A stretch of 62,719 bases of DNA from Candidatus Undinarchaeota archaeon (GCA_964574035.1 CAZNLD010000005.1:1-62719); one strand, 5' to 3'. Positions 1 to 9,998 are shown, numbered from the stretch's first letter. Numbers and translations: made by a program. Notes: generated by a model from the letters alone, not told the origin.

Positions 1-1
1 T

Positions 2-595
2 CTTCCGGGAGTGATGGAGCTTGAATTAGAAGGTATTTTCAAAAGAGGGATTTTTGTTTCAAAGAAAAGATATGCTTTAATTGATGACACAAATACAATG
101 AAAATCAAGGGGCTTGAATTTGTAAGAAGAGACTGGTCTCCCCTTGCAAAAGAAACTCAGAAAAGCGTCCTTCAGGCATTACTAAAAGACGGCTCTGCTG
201 AAAGAGCTTTTGAAATTGTAAGGAAGGTTATTGAAAAAATAAAAGAAGGAGACGTTGAAAAAGGCGACCTTGCAGTTTATACTGAACTAACAAGACCTTT
301 GGACAAATACAAAGTTACTGCACCCCATATAGCTGTAGGAGAAAGGATGAAAAGAAAGGGCAAAAAAGTCACTACTGGAACTACGGTCGGTTATATAATT
401 ATGAGGACCGGCGGAAAGAATATCAGCGACAGGGCAAGGTCAGTTGAAGAAGCTAAGCTGAAAAAGTATGATAAAAACTACTATATTAAGAAGCAGATAA
501 TTCCTGCAGTCTCAAGAGTAATGGAAGCCCTCGGCTACGGAGAAGACGAACTGCTTGGAAAAAAGCAGGAAACTCTGGAGGAGTATTTCAAATGA
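2..595 (+). CDS. polB: Family B DNA polymerase, C-terminal fragment (5' end outside window)
   Basis: Frame is open to the window edge. Translation contains KKRYALID and GLEFVRRDWS and a thumb-like tail. Stop overlaps the next start (ATGA at 592-595). Confidence 0.9.
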   Translation, partial: LPGVMELELEGIFKRGIFVSKKRYALIDDTNTMKIKGLEFVRRDWSPLAKETQKSVLQALLKDGSAERAFEIVRKVIEKIKEGDVEKGDLAVYTELTRPLDKYKVTAPHIAVGERMKRKGKKVTTGTTVGYIIMRTGGKNISDRARSVEEAKLKKYDKNYYIKKQIIPAVSRVMEALGYGEDELLGKKQETLEEYFK

Positions 596-1224
596 TTAAA
601 TGGATTTTCTTTGATATTGACAATACATTATATGAATCGAACCGGCTTGCTGAGGAAGCCAGAAAAAATGCAGTTAATGCAATGATATCTGCAGGACTTC
701 CTGTACAGTCGGTTTCAGAGACCTACGGAAAATTAAAAAAAATAATAAAAGAACATGGCCCCAACTACTCAAAACATTTTGATAAATTAGTGGAGCAGTT
801 TGGTGTTGCAGAAGGCAAATATGATATAATTGCAGCCGGCGTTATTGCATATCATAATACTAAATTCGCTATGCTTAAACCCTCCTTTGAAATTATAAAT
901 ACTCTAAAAGAATTGAAAAAAGAATACAGGCTGGGTATAATTTCAAACGGAAGACCTGTTAAACAGAGAGAAAAATTAATCAGACTGGACTTGCAGGACT
1001 TTTTTAATGTCGTTATAATTTCAGGAGAAACTGATTTTGAAAAACCAAATCCTGAAATATTCAAAATTGCCATTGAAAAAGCCGGCTGCAAACCGGAAGA
1101 AACAGTTATGATAGGAGACAAAAAATCGGACATGGAAGCTGAAAAAATTGGAATGCATACAATAAATATTAAAGACTTGGAAAACTTTGAACAGATCAAA
1201 CCAGAGGTTGATGAGATTGGATGA
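592..1224 (+). CDS. HAD-superfamily hydrolase/phosphatase
   Basis: FFDIDNTL (DxDxT motif I), ISNG (motif II-like), GDKKSDMEAEK (motif IV-like). Confidence 0.8.
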   Translation: MIKWIFFDIDNTLYESNRLAEEARKNAVNAMISAGLPVQSVSETYGKLKKIIKEHGPNYSKHFDKLVEQFGVAEGKYDIIAAGVIAYHNTKFAMLKPSFEIINTLKELKKEYRLGIISNGRPVKQREKLIRLDLQDFFNVVIISGETDFEKPNPEIFKIAIEKAGCKPEETVMIGDKKSDMEAEKIGMHTINIKDLENFEQIKPEVDEIG

Positions 1225-1771
1225 AGAAATAAAAGAAGCAGTTGAAGTTTTGAAAAAAGGAGGCGTTGTTATTTATCCTACAGAAACAGTTTATGGTTTA
1301 GGGGCGGATATTTTTAATGAAGATGGAGTTAAAAAAATTGCTGAAATGAAGGGCTGGAAGAAAACAAGGCCGATTTCAGTTGCATTGAAAGAAGAACAAA
1401 TTGAAGATTTTGCGGTTGTTGACGACAAATCATTAGAATTAATTGATAGGCTTCCAGGTCCTTTAACTTTGGTCCTAAGAAAAAAAGGAAATATACCTAA
1501 ATGGATTACTGAAACAGATTATGTTGGTCTTAGGGTTCCTGAAAGTGAAACAGCCATGAAGCTGGCCGACCATTTCGGCCCTATTACTTCCACTTCGGCG
1601 AATATTAGCGGGCAGAAGGCCCCTTACAAAGTTGAAGACATTGATGAAAGGATAAAGGAAAAGGCAGACTATATCCTGGATGAAGGAGAAACCAGATATA
1701 AAGCGCCGAGTACAGTAGTTAAGATAAATGATGAAATTGAGATACTCAGAGATGGAGTATTAGAAATATGA
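1211..1771 (+). CDS. tsaC: L-threonylcarbamoyladenylate synthase, short YrdC/TsaC-type
   Basis: VIYPTETVYGLGAD, LRVP, ITSTSANISG and PSTVV are YrdC-domain hallmarks. ATG at 1211 preferred over the longer ORF-track start at 1187. Confidence 0.8.
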   Translation: MRLDEEIKEAVEVLKKGGVVIYPTETVYGLGADIFNEDGVKKIAEMKGWKKTRPISVALKEEQIEDFAVVDDKSLELIDRLPGPLTLVLRKKGNIPKWITETDYVGLRVPESETAMKLADHFGPITSTSANISGQKAPYKVEDIDERIKEKADYILDEGETRYKAPSTVVKINDEIEILRDGVLEI

Positions 1772-2664
1772 ATGAAGAAGTTTTGGAAAAATACAAGGAA
1801 GCAGGGAAAATCTGGAAGAAAGCTGAGAAACTTGGCAGGAAAATTGTCAAACCGGGAGCTGGAATTTTAGATATAACTGAGAAAATTGAATCAAAAATTA
1901 AGAAAGAGGGCGGAGAAATGGCATTTCCTTTGAATGTTGGAATTGATGATACTGCTGCCCACTACACGCCTGACTCAAATTGTAAAGACAAAATTTCAGA
2001 AAAAGATTTAGTAACTTTAGATATTGGAGTTCATGTAGACGGTTATATTGCAGATGCTGCTTTTACTTTAAGTATGAATGAATCGGATGAACATATAAAT
2101 TTAATTGAAGCTGCTGAGAAATCATTAGAAAATGCAATTGAAATTGTTAAGCCGGGCGTCAATATTGAAAAAATAGGAGAAGCTGTTGAACAAACTATGG
2201 AAGAATATAATGTTAAACCGATTTCAAACCTTACTGGTCATAATGTTGACCAATATTCACTGCATTCAGGACTTACAATCCCAAATGTTAAGAAAAAGGG
2301 AGGAACTTTGAAAGAGGGCATGGCAGTTGCAATTGAACCTTTTTCTACAAACGGAGCCGGACAGGTTCATGACGCGCAGGAAGTTCATATATATGAGTTT
2401 TTGAAAAAGAAAAATATCAGAATGCAGGAAAGCAGGAAAATCCTGCAGACGGCTGAGCTTGATTTCAATAAACTGCCTTTTGCAAAAAGGTGGCTTGAAA
2501 AAAACGTGAGCAGTTTAAAATTAAAAATGGCTCTGAAAGAACTGCTGGATGCGGAAGCTCTCTATCAGTATCCTGTTTTGAAAGAAAAGGAAAAAGGGCT
2601 TGTTGCCCAGGCAGAGCATACGATGATTGTTCAGGAAGATGGAGCATTTTTAACCACAGGGTAA
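1768..2664 (+). CDS. map: Methionine aminopeptidase, type 2 (archaeal)
   Basis: AFPLNVGIDDTAAHYTP, DIGVHVDGYIADAAFT, HNVDQYSLH, AIEPF and AQAEHTMIV metal-ligand pattern. ATGA overlap with the upstream gene. Confidence 0.9.
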   Translation: MNEEVLEKYKEAGKIWKKAEKLGRKIVKPGAGILDITEKIESKIKKEGGEMAFPLNVGIDDTAAHYTPDSNCKDKISEKDLVTLDIGVHVDGYIADAAFTLSMNESDEHINLIEAAEKSLENAIEIVKPGVNIEKIGEAVEQTMEEYNVKPISNLTGHNVDQYSLHSGLTIPNVKKKGGTLKEGMAVAIEPFSTNGAGQVHDAQEVHIYEFLKKKNIRMQESRKILQTAELDFNKLPFAKRWLEKNVSSLKLKMALKELLDAEALYQYPVLKEKEKGLVAQAEHTMIVQEDGAFLTTG

Positions 2665-2858
2665 TTTTCGCCTTCTTATGAATTGATAAAGTTTGTATAA
2701 AGGTGAAATGTTGAAAGCGAAAAAATGAAAAACGCGCTTCCATTTCTCAGATAATTCAAATTGAAAACCATTTCACTAAAATAGAAGATTTGCGCGCTTC
2801 CCATAAGCTTTTTAACCTTTAAAACCTTATAATAAGATACAATTTTTGAGGTGATATA

Positions 2859-3368
2859 ATGAGTCCAGAAGAGGAAGCACAGAAAGATAAAGAAGAAAAT
2901 CCAGAAGAAAACAAACAAGCAGAGAACGAAGACAAAGAAATCGAAGAAGAACTCGAAAAAGAAGACAGACTTCCTTTTGCTAATGCGAGAGTTGTCTCAC
3001 TACTGAAAAAGGGCCTTGATGATGATAAAATGGTCAGGTCCAGAGTAAAGAAAGAAGCAAACGAATGGCTCGGAAAAATGGCTATGAGGGTTGCAAAGGA
3101 TATGAACAAAAGCCCTTACACCATGGTCGAAGCTGGAGACCTGCATAGAGCTATTAAGAAATATGAACAGCTTGAAAGAATTGCAGAGCAGAAAGAAAGA
3201 ATGGTTCTTGCTTTGCAGAGAATTATTGAAGACTGTAAGCTTCTTATCTCAGATGTAGAAAGAACTTTCGACATAGACGATGAACTGAGAAGAAAGAGTA
3301 AACCGGGAAAAACATTGTCTAAGTCAGCAAAAGAAGAACAAGAAAAAGAAGAGTCTTCTGAAGAGTAA
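2859..3368 (+). CDS. Histone-fold-like DNA-binding protein with acidic N- and C-terminal extensions (putative)
   Basis: The core RLPFANARVVSLLKK...VRSRVKKEANEWLGKMAMRVAKDMNKSPYTMVEAGDLHRAIKKY aligns by eye to archaeal HMf-type histones (LPIAPIGRII...). GAGGTGA Shine-Dalgarno sequence upstream of the ATG. Confidence 0.5.
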   Translation: MSPEEEAQKDKEENPEENKQAENEDKEIEEELEKEDRLPFANARVVSLLKKGLDDDKMVRSRVKKEANEWLGKMAMRVAKDMNKSPYTMVEAGDLHRAIKKYEQLERIAEQKERMVLALQRIIEDCKLLISDVERTFDIDDELRRKSKPGKTLSKSAKEEQEKEESSEE

Positions 3369-3394
3369 AAGCGGTTGTGACTAACACGCTAAGT

Positions 3395-3425
3395 GAAGAG
3401 CAGCCGCGACTCTCTTCTCTTTTTA
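3395..3425. terminator. Hairpin plus T-tract between convergent genes
   Basis: GAAGAG (3395-3400) pairs with CTCTTC (3412-3417), followed by TCTTTTT. Sits between the stops of 2859-3368(+) and 3439-5700(-). Confidence 0.3.
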
Positions 3426-3438
3426 ATTATTGATAAAA

Positions 3439-5700
3439 TTAACCGACATATCTTGGTTTATCTGCAGAGCTTGCTGCTGCTCTCTGCTTGAAATTTTTCA
3501 GAACCTCTTCATATGACTGCTTTGTTTCTTCGCTCATGGTAGGGGAAATGTATTCCATTGCATCCTTGAAATTTTTCATAGTTATTTTCTTTGCCTTAAT
3601 ATCCTTTCTTAGGGCCAGCATTGCGGCTTCTCTGCATAACGCTTCAATATCTGCCCCTACAAAGTTTTCAGTCATTTCAGCAAGTTTATCTATTTTGATA
3701 CCATCTGCCAGAGGCATGTCTTTGGTGTGGACTTCAAATATTTTCTTTCTTGCTTCTTTATCAGGTACTGGAGTTAAAATATGTCTGTCAAACCTTCCGG
3801 GCCTTAATAATCCAGGGTCAATTATGTCCGGTCTGTTTGTTGATGCAATTACAACTACATTTTCAAGTTCTTCTAAACCGTCTAATTCAGTTAAAAGTTG
3901 GTTTACAACCGTTTCAGTTACATGTGAACCAGTATGTCCTCCTCTTTTTGGAGCCAGTGCATCCAGCTCGTCAAAGAATATTACGCTTGGAGCTACCTGC
4001 CTTGCCTTTTTGAATATTTTTCTTACTCCTCTCTCAGATTCGCCGACCCACTTGCTCAGAAGTTCGGGACCTCTTACAGAAATAAAGTTGGAATCCGACT
4101 CGTTTGCAACTGCTTTTGCAAGCATTGTTTTTCCCGTTCCAGGAGGTCCAAATAAAAGAACGCCTTTTGGAGGATGTATTCCCATATTTTTGAAAGCCTT
4201 CGGCTTTTTGAGGGGCCATTCCACAGCCTCTTTGAGCTCCTGTTTGACATCTTCCAAACCACCGACGTCTTTCCATTCAAGTTTTGGAACTTCAACCATA
4301 ACTTCACGCATTGCACTTGGTGAAACGTTTCTTAAACCTGTCTTGAAATCTTTCTTTTTAACCCTTAGATTCTCCATAACTTCAGTAGGTACTTCTTTCT
4401 CTTCCTCAAGGTTTAATTTTGGAAGAGTTCTTCTTAAAGCAGCCATTGCCGCTTCTTTGACAAGAGCCTCTAAATCTGCTCCTACATAACCATAAGTTAT
4501 ATCCGCCCACTTATCCAGACTGATATCTTTGTCCAGTGGCATAGCTCGAGTATGAATCTGTAGAACTTCTTTTCGTCCTTTCCTGTCAGGAACCCCGATT
4601 TCAATTTCTCTGTCAAACCTGCCTCCTCTTCTTAGGGCAGGGTCTAATGCGTCAACTCTATTAGTTGCTGCAATGACGACAACTTTGCCCCTTGATTTCA
4701 GACCGTCCATTTGTGAAAGCAAGGTTGCGACGACTCTTCTTTCAACTTCTCCTTTAACTTCTTCTCTTTTTGGAGCTATTGCATCAATTTCATCAATGAA
4801 TATAATTGTCGGAGCGTTTTTCTCTGCTTCTTCAAACACTTGCCTTAATCTCTTTTCTGACTCTCCGTACCACTTTGACATAATTTCAGGACCGTTTATG
4901 GACATGAAATTTGAATGGGTTTCATTTGCGACTGCTTTTGCAAGTAAAGTTTTTCCTGTTCCAGGGGGCCCGTGTAATAAAACTCCTTTCGGAGGTTCAA
5001 TGCCGAGCTTGTCAAATAATTCAGGATGTTTCAAAGGAAGTTCAATCATTTCTCTTACTTTAGAAATTTCTTCTCCAAGTCCTCCGATGTCTTCGTAAGT
5101 AACCTGCGGAATTTTTTCCATTTCCTTCATTTCAACTGCTTTTGGATTTACCTGAACTTCAGTCATATCTGTAATAACAACAGGTCCTTTCGGCTTGGTT
5201 GAAACTACCATTAATCTTAAATTTGCAAAGCCGAACATTGGTTCAAACGCATTTGAAAATAAATCTGAGAATGGGTCTTTCTGTTTCGGCTGAGCCCTAA
5301 TCGGGCTTACAACATCGCCTTTCATTACTGGTCTTCCCATTAAACTTTTTTCAATTCCCGAGCCGACCATTTGAATTTGAATTCCTTTCTGGGCGGGAGC
5401 AAGAACTACTTTATCTGCTTCTTTGACTTCTGCTTTTCTTACCTTGATATGCTCACCGATACTTCCGCCGGAATTTCTTCTTAAAATCCCATCCATTCTT
5501 ACAACTTCTCTTCCAACATCACTTGGATAAGCTTTCGCTGCAACAGCCACTGATTTTCTTTCGCCTTCAAGTTCAATAACATCTCCGGGCGCAATGTTAA
5601 TTTTCTTCATGGATTTAGAATCAAGTCTAACTATGCCCTTTTCCGCGTCGTTGGGCCTCGCCTTTATTACTTTTAATTCTATTTCTTCTTTTTCAGCCAT
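3439..5700 (-). CDS. cdc48: CDC48/VCP-type AAA+ ATPase (two AAA domains)
   Basis: Two Walker A GPPGTGKT motifs and two Walker B motifs ([16 protein letters not shown]). N-domain begins [21 protein letters not shown]. Confidence 0.95.
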   Translation of the reverse strand: MAEKEEIELKVIKARPNDAEKGIVRLDSKSMKKINIAPGDVIELEGERKSVAVAAKAYPSDVGREVVRMDGILRRNSGGSIGEHIKVRKAEVKEADKVVLAPAQKGIQIQMVGSGIEKSLMGRPVMKGDVVSPIRAQPKQKDPFSDLFSNAFEPMFGFANLRLMVVSTKPKGPVVITDMTEVQVNPKAVEMKEMEKIPQVTYEDIGGLGEEISKVREMIELPLKHPELFDKLGIEPPKGVLLHGPPGTGKTLLAKAVANETHSNFMSINGPEIMSKWYGESEKRLRQVFEEAEKNAPTIIFIDEIDAIAPKREEVKGEVERRVVATLLSQMDGLKSRGKVVVIAATNRVDALDPALRRGGRFDREIEIGVPDRKGRKEVLQIHTRAMPLDKDISLDKWADITYGYVGADLEALVKEAAMAALRRTLPKLNLEEEKEVPTEVMENLRVKKKDFKTGLRNVSPSAMREVMVEVPKLEWKDVGGLEDVKQELKEAVEWPLKKPKAFKNMGIHPPKGVLLFGPPGTGKTMLAKAVANESDSNFISVRGPELLSKWVGESERGVRKIFKKARQVAPSVIFFDELDALAPKRGGHTGSHVTETVVNQLLTELDGLEELENVVVIASTNRPDIIDPGLLRPGRFDRHILTPVPDKEARKKIFEVHTKDMPLADGIKIDKLAEMTENFVGADIEALCREAAMLALRKDIKAKKITMKNFKDAMEYISPTMSEETKQSYEEVLKNFKQRAAASSADKPRYVG

Positions 5701-5991
5701 TTATATCTCGTTAACTTCTCTTAAATCCTTAAGTTTCTGAAGCAGGAACTGTTCATATTGCTCAATGATGGTATCTATATTTTCTGCTTGTTCTCCTTTA
5801 AAAAAGTTTGCAATTTCAGCCCATATTTCCTCGTTGAATTCTTCGCAGCCCATTAAACCGCTCACCATAACTACATTTACAGTAGTTGTAAAGGATAAAT
5901 CAAGCCCACTAGCTATCATATTGCCTCTCAGCTTCTGGATTGTGTCGTAAAGCTTCTTATTTATGGATATGGTTTTTCTTACAACCGTCAT
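5701..5991 (-). CDS. Hypothetical small protein directly upstream of cdc48 (N-terminal RHH-like strand)
   Basis: 96-aa ORF abutting the cdc48 start with no gap. KTISINKKLYDTIQKL resembles a ribbon-helix-helix N-terminus. No further motif recognised. Confidence 0.45.
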   Translation of the reverse strand: MTVVRKTISINKKLYDTIQKLRGNMIASGLDLSFTTTVNVVMVSGLMGCEEFNEEIWAEIANFFKGEQAENIDTIIEQYEQFLLQKLKDLREVNEI

Positions 5992-6108
5992 TATATTCTC
6001 CTCAAGTATGAAATGATGAAAGTGTTACTATTTAAGCTTTTGGGTGGTATTTGTCCGGAAAAATAGAAAATAGGCTGAGTGCTGTCGGTTTGGCAAAATT
6101 CATCCTAA

Positions 6109-6126
6109 TTAACTGAATTCAGTTAA
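6109..6126. promoter_or_regulatory. Perfect 18-bp palindrome just upstream of the radB TATA-like box
   Basis: TTAACTGAATTCAGTTAA at 6109-6126, followed by CTTTATAAAA about 25 nt before the ATG at 6163. Confidence 0.4.
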
Positions 6127-6162
6127 AAAAACTTTATAAAATCAAATGCATGCAGTATAACT

Positions 6163-6870
6163 ATGAATTTATTTAAAAAAGAGAAAAAAGAAGAATTTGA
6201 TCTTAGACCAAATGCTATACCGACAGGCTGCACTGAATTAGATGAGCTGATAGGAGATGGATTTCAGACTAAACTCTTAAGCCACGTATACGGAAAACCG
6301 GGCTCAGGGAAAACTAATTTGTGTATAAGCACTGCAATCGAATGTGCAAAGCTTGGAAGAAAGATTGCATACATAGATACTGAAGGCGGTTTTAACTATG
6401 TCAGACTCAAACAGATGTGTGAAGATGAAGAATTAATAAACAGAATCGTTATTGCCCAGCCAAAAAGTTTTGAAGAGCAGTTAAAACTTGTAAAAAGACT
6501 TCCTAAACTGCTTGATTCCGATTTTAGTCTAGTTATTTTGGATTCAGCTGTAAGTCTTTATAGATTAAATGTAAACGGTTCAAGAGAAGACATTATAAAA
6601 TTCAGCCGGAAGCTTGCAAAGCAAGCGGCATGGCTCGCCCAGCTTGCTTCTGAGAATGAACTTGCAGTCATTGCTACAAACCATGTTTATGATTCTTTCA
6701 ATAAGAAAGGAGTTTCACCTGTCGGCGGAGATACTTTGATGTACTGGTCAAAGATGATTTTAAATATAGAAAAGAAAAGGAAGAGCAGGAAAGCTTCTTT
6801 GATAAAGCACCCGTTTATGCCGGATGGGAAAAGTATTAAATTCAAGATTACTAACTCTGGCTTGGAATGA
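6163..6870 (+). CDS. radB: RadB recombinase paralogue (RadA/Rad51 family, no N-terminal HhH domain)
   Basis: Walker A GKPGSGKTNLC, Walker B LVILDS, 235 aa. Confidence 0.85.
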   Translation: MNLFKKEKKEEFDLRPNAIPTGCTELDELIGDGFQTKLLSHVYGKPGSGKTNLCISTAIECAKLGRKIAYIDTEGGFNYVRLKQMCEDEELINRIVIAQPKSFEEQLKLVKRLPKLLDSDFSLVILDSAVSLYRLNVNGSREDIIKFSRKLAKQAAWLAQLASENELAVIATNHVYDSFNKKGVSPVGGDTLMYWSKMILNIEKKRKSRKASLIKHPFMPDGKSIKFKITNSGLE

Positions 6871-7775
6871 CAAGCCTTAAAACTGAACTTGCAGGAGTAA
6901 AACTAAAGAACCCTACTGTTTTAACTGCAGGAATTTTAGGAAATACAAAAGCACTTTTAGAAAGGGTCTCTAAATCAGGAGCGGGCGCTGTAACAACTAA
7001 ATCAATTTCTTTAAAGCCGAAAAAAGGAAATAAAACACCGAATATTATTGAGATTGAACAGGGCCTTTTAAATTCAATGGGTCTGCCGAACCCAGGAATT
7101 GATAATTTTCTACTTGAAATAGAAGGAATAAAAATTAACTCTGCTTTAATTGCATCGATAGCCGGCGAAAAAACTGAAGAATATGTAGAAACCGCTGAAA
7201 AATTTGGAGATGTTCCAGACATTCTTGAACTTAATCTGAGCTGTCCAAATGTTAAAAGAGGAACGCTTTTCTGCCAGAATAAAAAGCTTGCAGGCAAACT
7301 TGTTGAAAAGGTTAAGAAAAAAACAGACCTGCCTGTTTTTGCCAAGCTCGGCCCCAATGTTAATGATATTGCAGGAGTTGCAGAAGAAATTGAGAAAGCA
7401 GGAGCAGACGGTATAACTGCAATAAACGCAATGCCTGCAATGGCCATCGATTTGGAGACAGGAAAAGCAATTTTTAAGAGAAAAATAGGAGGTTTGTCAG
7501 GACCTGCATTGAAACCTATTGCTTTGAGATGCGTTTATGAGATTGCAAATACTGTTGAAATACCTGTAATTGGAACCGGCGGAATTAGCTCGGGAGAAGA
7601 CGCCGCTGAAATGTTAATGGCCGGTGCATCAGCTGTAGGAATTGGAACTGCAGTCAGGAAGTATGATTTGGATGTTTTTAACAAGGTAAATAAAGAATTG
7701 AAAGAATATCTGGATAGAAAAAAGTTTAAAAGGGTAGATAATATAGTAGGATTGACTATTAAAGGAGGTAAATAA
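6867..7775 (+). CDS. pyrD: Dihydroorotate dehydrogenase 1B, catalytic subunit
   Basis: KNPTVLTAGILG, NSMGLPNPG, LNLSCPN, GGLSGPALKPIALR, IGTGGI. Confidence 0.9.
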   Translation: MTSLKTELAGVKLKNPTVLTAGILGNTKALLERVSKSGAGAVTTKSISLKPKKGNKTPNIIEIEQGLLNSMGLPNPGIDNFLLEIEGIKINSALIASIAGEKTEEYVETAEKFGDVPDILELNLSCPNVKRGTLFCQNKKLAGKLVEKVKKKTDLPVFAKLGPNVNDIAGVAEEIEKAGADGITAINAMPAMAIDLETGKAIFKRKIGGLSGPALKPIALRCVYEIANTVEIPVIGTGGISSGEDAAEMLMAGASAVGIGTAVRKYDLDVFNKVNKELKEYLDRKKFKRVDNIVGLTIKGGK

Positions 7776-7994
7776 ATGGCAGCAAGAGATAAAATCTTCG
7801 GCGGGTTGTTGAGTCTTTTAGCAGTACTCGTTGCAGTAATTTATTTCTATGGAATGTGGTACGGCTATGCTCTGCTTGCAGTTCAGGTTGTTGTCTCAGT
7901 TATTTTTATAGGACTGATGGCCATGATATTCTGGATGGGATTCACCATTGCTACAACACCCACCATAGAAGAAATTAAAAAGCGAAAGAAGTAG
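7776..7994 (+). CDS. Small two-TM membrane protein inserted between pyrD and pyrK
   Basis: 72-aa ORF starting one nt after the pyrD stop. Two hydrophobic helices and a basic KKRKK tail. Confidence 0.55.
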   Translation: MAARDKIFGGLLSLLAVLVAVIYFYGMWYGYALLAVQVVVSVIFIGLMAMIFWMGFTIATTPTIEEIKKRKK

Positions 7995-7998
7995 GCTG

Positions 7999-8787
7999 AT
8001 GGCCTCTAAACAAAGAACGTATAAAATAACAGAGATTATAGAAGAGACTCCAAATGTAAAGTCCTTCATTTTTGATTTTGAAAAATCTGCTCAGCCGGGG
8101 CAGTTTTTAATGGCATGGGTTCCTGATTTTGAAGAAATTCCTATGAGTGTTTCTTATTGTTCTGACAACAAGATAGGGATTAGTGTATATGCAGTTGGAG
8201 AAACTACTAAAAAACTGCATGAAATGAAGGAAGGAGATTATGTCGGATTAAGAGGACCTTATGGAACTAGTTTTGAACCGAAAGGAGATAAAATTGCAGT
8301 CATTGGAGGCGGATGCGGTTCGGCGCCTCTTGGATATTTAGTTGAAAGTTTTTTTGATGAAAATGTTGAAGTTCACGCTCTACTTGGAGCCGGAACAAGA
8401 GAAAATCTGCTTTTTAAAGACAGATTAGAAAAACTCCCGTATACGGATATTCACTGCGCGACAGACGACGGAAGCTACGGGCATGAAGGATTTATTACAG
8501 AGGTTTTTGAAACTCTGACTGAAAAACATAAATTTGACAGAGTCTACACCTGCGGCCCCGAAATAATGATGAAAAAAATCTATGATACCTGCAGAGAAAA
8601 AAAGATAGACCTGCAGGCAAGCCTTGAAAGATATATGAAATGCGGGCTTGGAATATGCGGAAGCTGTGCAATTGATGGTTATTTAGTATGTAAAGACGGA
8701 CCTGTATTTGGTATGAAAGACCTTAATAGAATGAGTGAATTTGGAAAGAAAAGAAGAGACCGGTCGGGATGCCATGTTGAATTATGA
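7999..8787 (+). CDS. pyrK: Dihydroorotate dehydrogenase electron-transfer subunit (FAD/2Fe-2S)
   Basis: FNR-like fold and C-terminal cluster CGLGICGSC...C. Position next to pyrD. Confidence 0.85.
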   Translation: MASKQRTYKITEIIEETPNVKSFIFDFEKSAQPGQFLMAWVPDFEEIPMSVSYCSDNKIGISVYAVGETTKKLHEMKEGDYVGLRGPYGTSFEPKGDKIAVIGGGCGSAPLGYLVESFFDENVEVHALLGAGTRENLLFKDRLEKLPYTDIHCATDDGSYGHEGFITEVFETLTEKHKFDRVYTCGPEIMMKKIYDTCREKKIDLQASLERYMKCGLGICGSCAIDGYLVCKDGPVFGMKDLNRMSEFGKKRRDRSGCHVEL

Positions 8788-9998
8788 ATGCAGACTTAAT
8801 TTTAAAAAACGGAAAAATAGTGAAGCCGGAGGGAATTATTGAAGCAGATGTTTTAATTGAAAACGGAAAAATCCTTGACCTGAAAAAGACAGGAGGGAAA
8901 GCAGAGAAAAAAATTGACTGCAAAGGAAAGTTAATTCTTCCGGGAATAATTGACCCTCATGTTCATTTCAGAGAGCCGGGGCAGATTCACAAAGAGGATT
9001 TTTCAACCGGTTCAATGTCCGCTGCTTTCGGCGGAGTTACAACTGTTTTAGATATGCCGAATAATTCTCCATTTATTGATACTAAAAGAAGATTTACAGG
9101 AAAGTTAGAACTTGTTGAAAAGAAAAGCTGTATTGATTTCGGGCTTTTCTTTGGGATTTCCACTTATGGAAGAGATGAAATAAGCAAAGTTGACCCGGTT
9201 GGATACAAATTTTATGCAGCTGAGGAAGAACTGGCGCCCATTCCTGAACTGCAGAATGCAATGAATCAGGTAGAAAACAAAGTTTTTGCAATTCATCCGG
9301 AAGACCCTGAAATTCTTGAAAAGGAAAGCAGGGGAACTCCTCTTGCAGAATATTCAGCAATTAAAAAAGTTCTTGAACTTGATTCAGGAACAAATAAAAT
9401 TCATTTCTGTCATGTAACCAGTTCAAAGAGCATTGAACTTTCAGGAGATGCGACCTGTGAAGTTACTCCTCATCATTTATTCCTAGATAAAAAATTTGCA
9501 GACGAAAATGCCGGATTTGGGAAAGTTCATCCTCCTTTAAGAAAAAAATTAGAAGTAACCAGTTTGTGGAATAATCTGGATAAAATTGATACATTTGCTA
9601 CAGATCATGCACCCCATACTATTGAAGAAAAACAGAGCAAGAATCCACCGCCCGGCTTCCCTGGAGTTGAAACTTTGCTTCCTTTAATGTCAGATGCAGT
9701 TTCAAAAGGCAGGCTGAGCTGGTCTGAGCTTGCAAGACTTACAAGTGGAGGAGCTGAAATATACGGTCTTAAAAATAAAGGGAAAATTGAACCTGGATCT
9801 GATGCTGATTTTGCAATTTTGGACAGGAAAAAAGAGTGGAAGATTGAAGGTGATAAGCTGCATTCAAAATGCGGATGGACCCCTTACGAAGGAAGAGAAG
9901 TAAAAGGCAGGGTGGAAAAAACTATTTTAAGAGGAAAGTTAATTGTAGATCAGAGAGAATTCTTGGGCAGAAAAGGATTTGGAGAATACCTTAAATGA
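8784..9998 (+). CDS. pyrC: Dihydroorotase
   Basis: PGIIDPHVHFREPG, TDHAPH, amidohydrolase pattern. ATGA overlap with pyrK. Confidence 0.85.
   Translation: MNADLILKNGKIVKPEGIIEADVLIENGKILDLKKTGGKAEKKIDCKGKLILPGIIDPHVHFREPGQIHKEDFSTGSMSAAFGGVTTVLDMPNNSPFIDTKRRFTGKLELVEKKSCIDFGLFFGISTYGRDEISKVDPVGYKFYAAEEELAPIPELQNAMNQVENKVFAIHPEDPEILEKESRGTPLAEYSAIKKVLELDSGTNKIHFCHVTSSKSIELSGDATCEVTPHHLFLDKKFADENAGFGKVHPPLRKKLEVTSLWNNLDKIDTFATDHAPHTIEEKQSKNPPPGFPGVETLLPLMSDAVSKGRLSWSELARLTSGGAEIYGLKNKGKIEPGSDADFAILDRKKEWKIEGDKLHSKCGWTPYEGREVKGRVEKTILRGKLIVDQREFLGRKGFGEYLK

Noticed and set aside
3488-5098. Several long + strand ORFs (3488-4489, 3750-4013, 3934-4155, 4673-5098) and short minus-strand out-of-frame ORFs (4034-4276, 4074-4316) inside cdc48
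   Set aside because: They lie antisense to, or out of frame with, an unmistakable CDC48 gene. Their translations are S/F/L-rich low-complexity sequences, as expected when a K/E-rich gene is read in the wrong frame or strand.
6851-7447. 198-aa minus-strand ORF
   Set aside because: It is antisense to pyrD, which has clear DHODH motifs.
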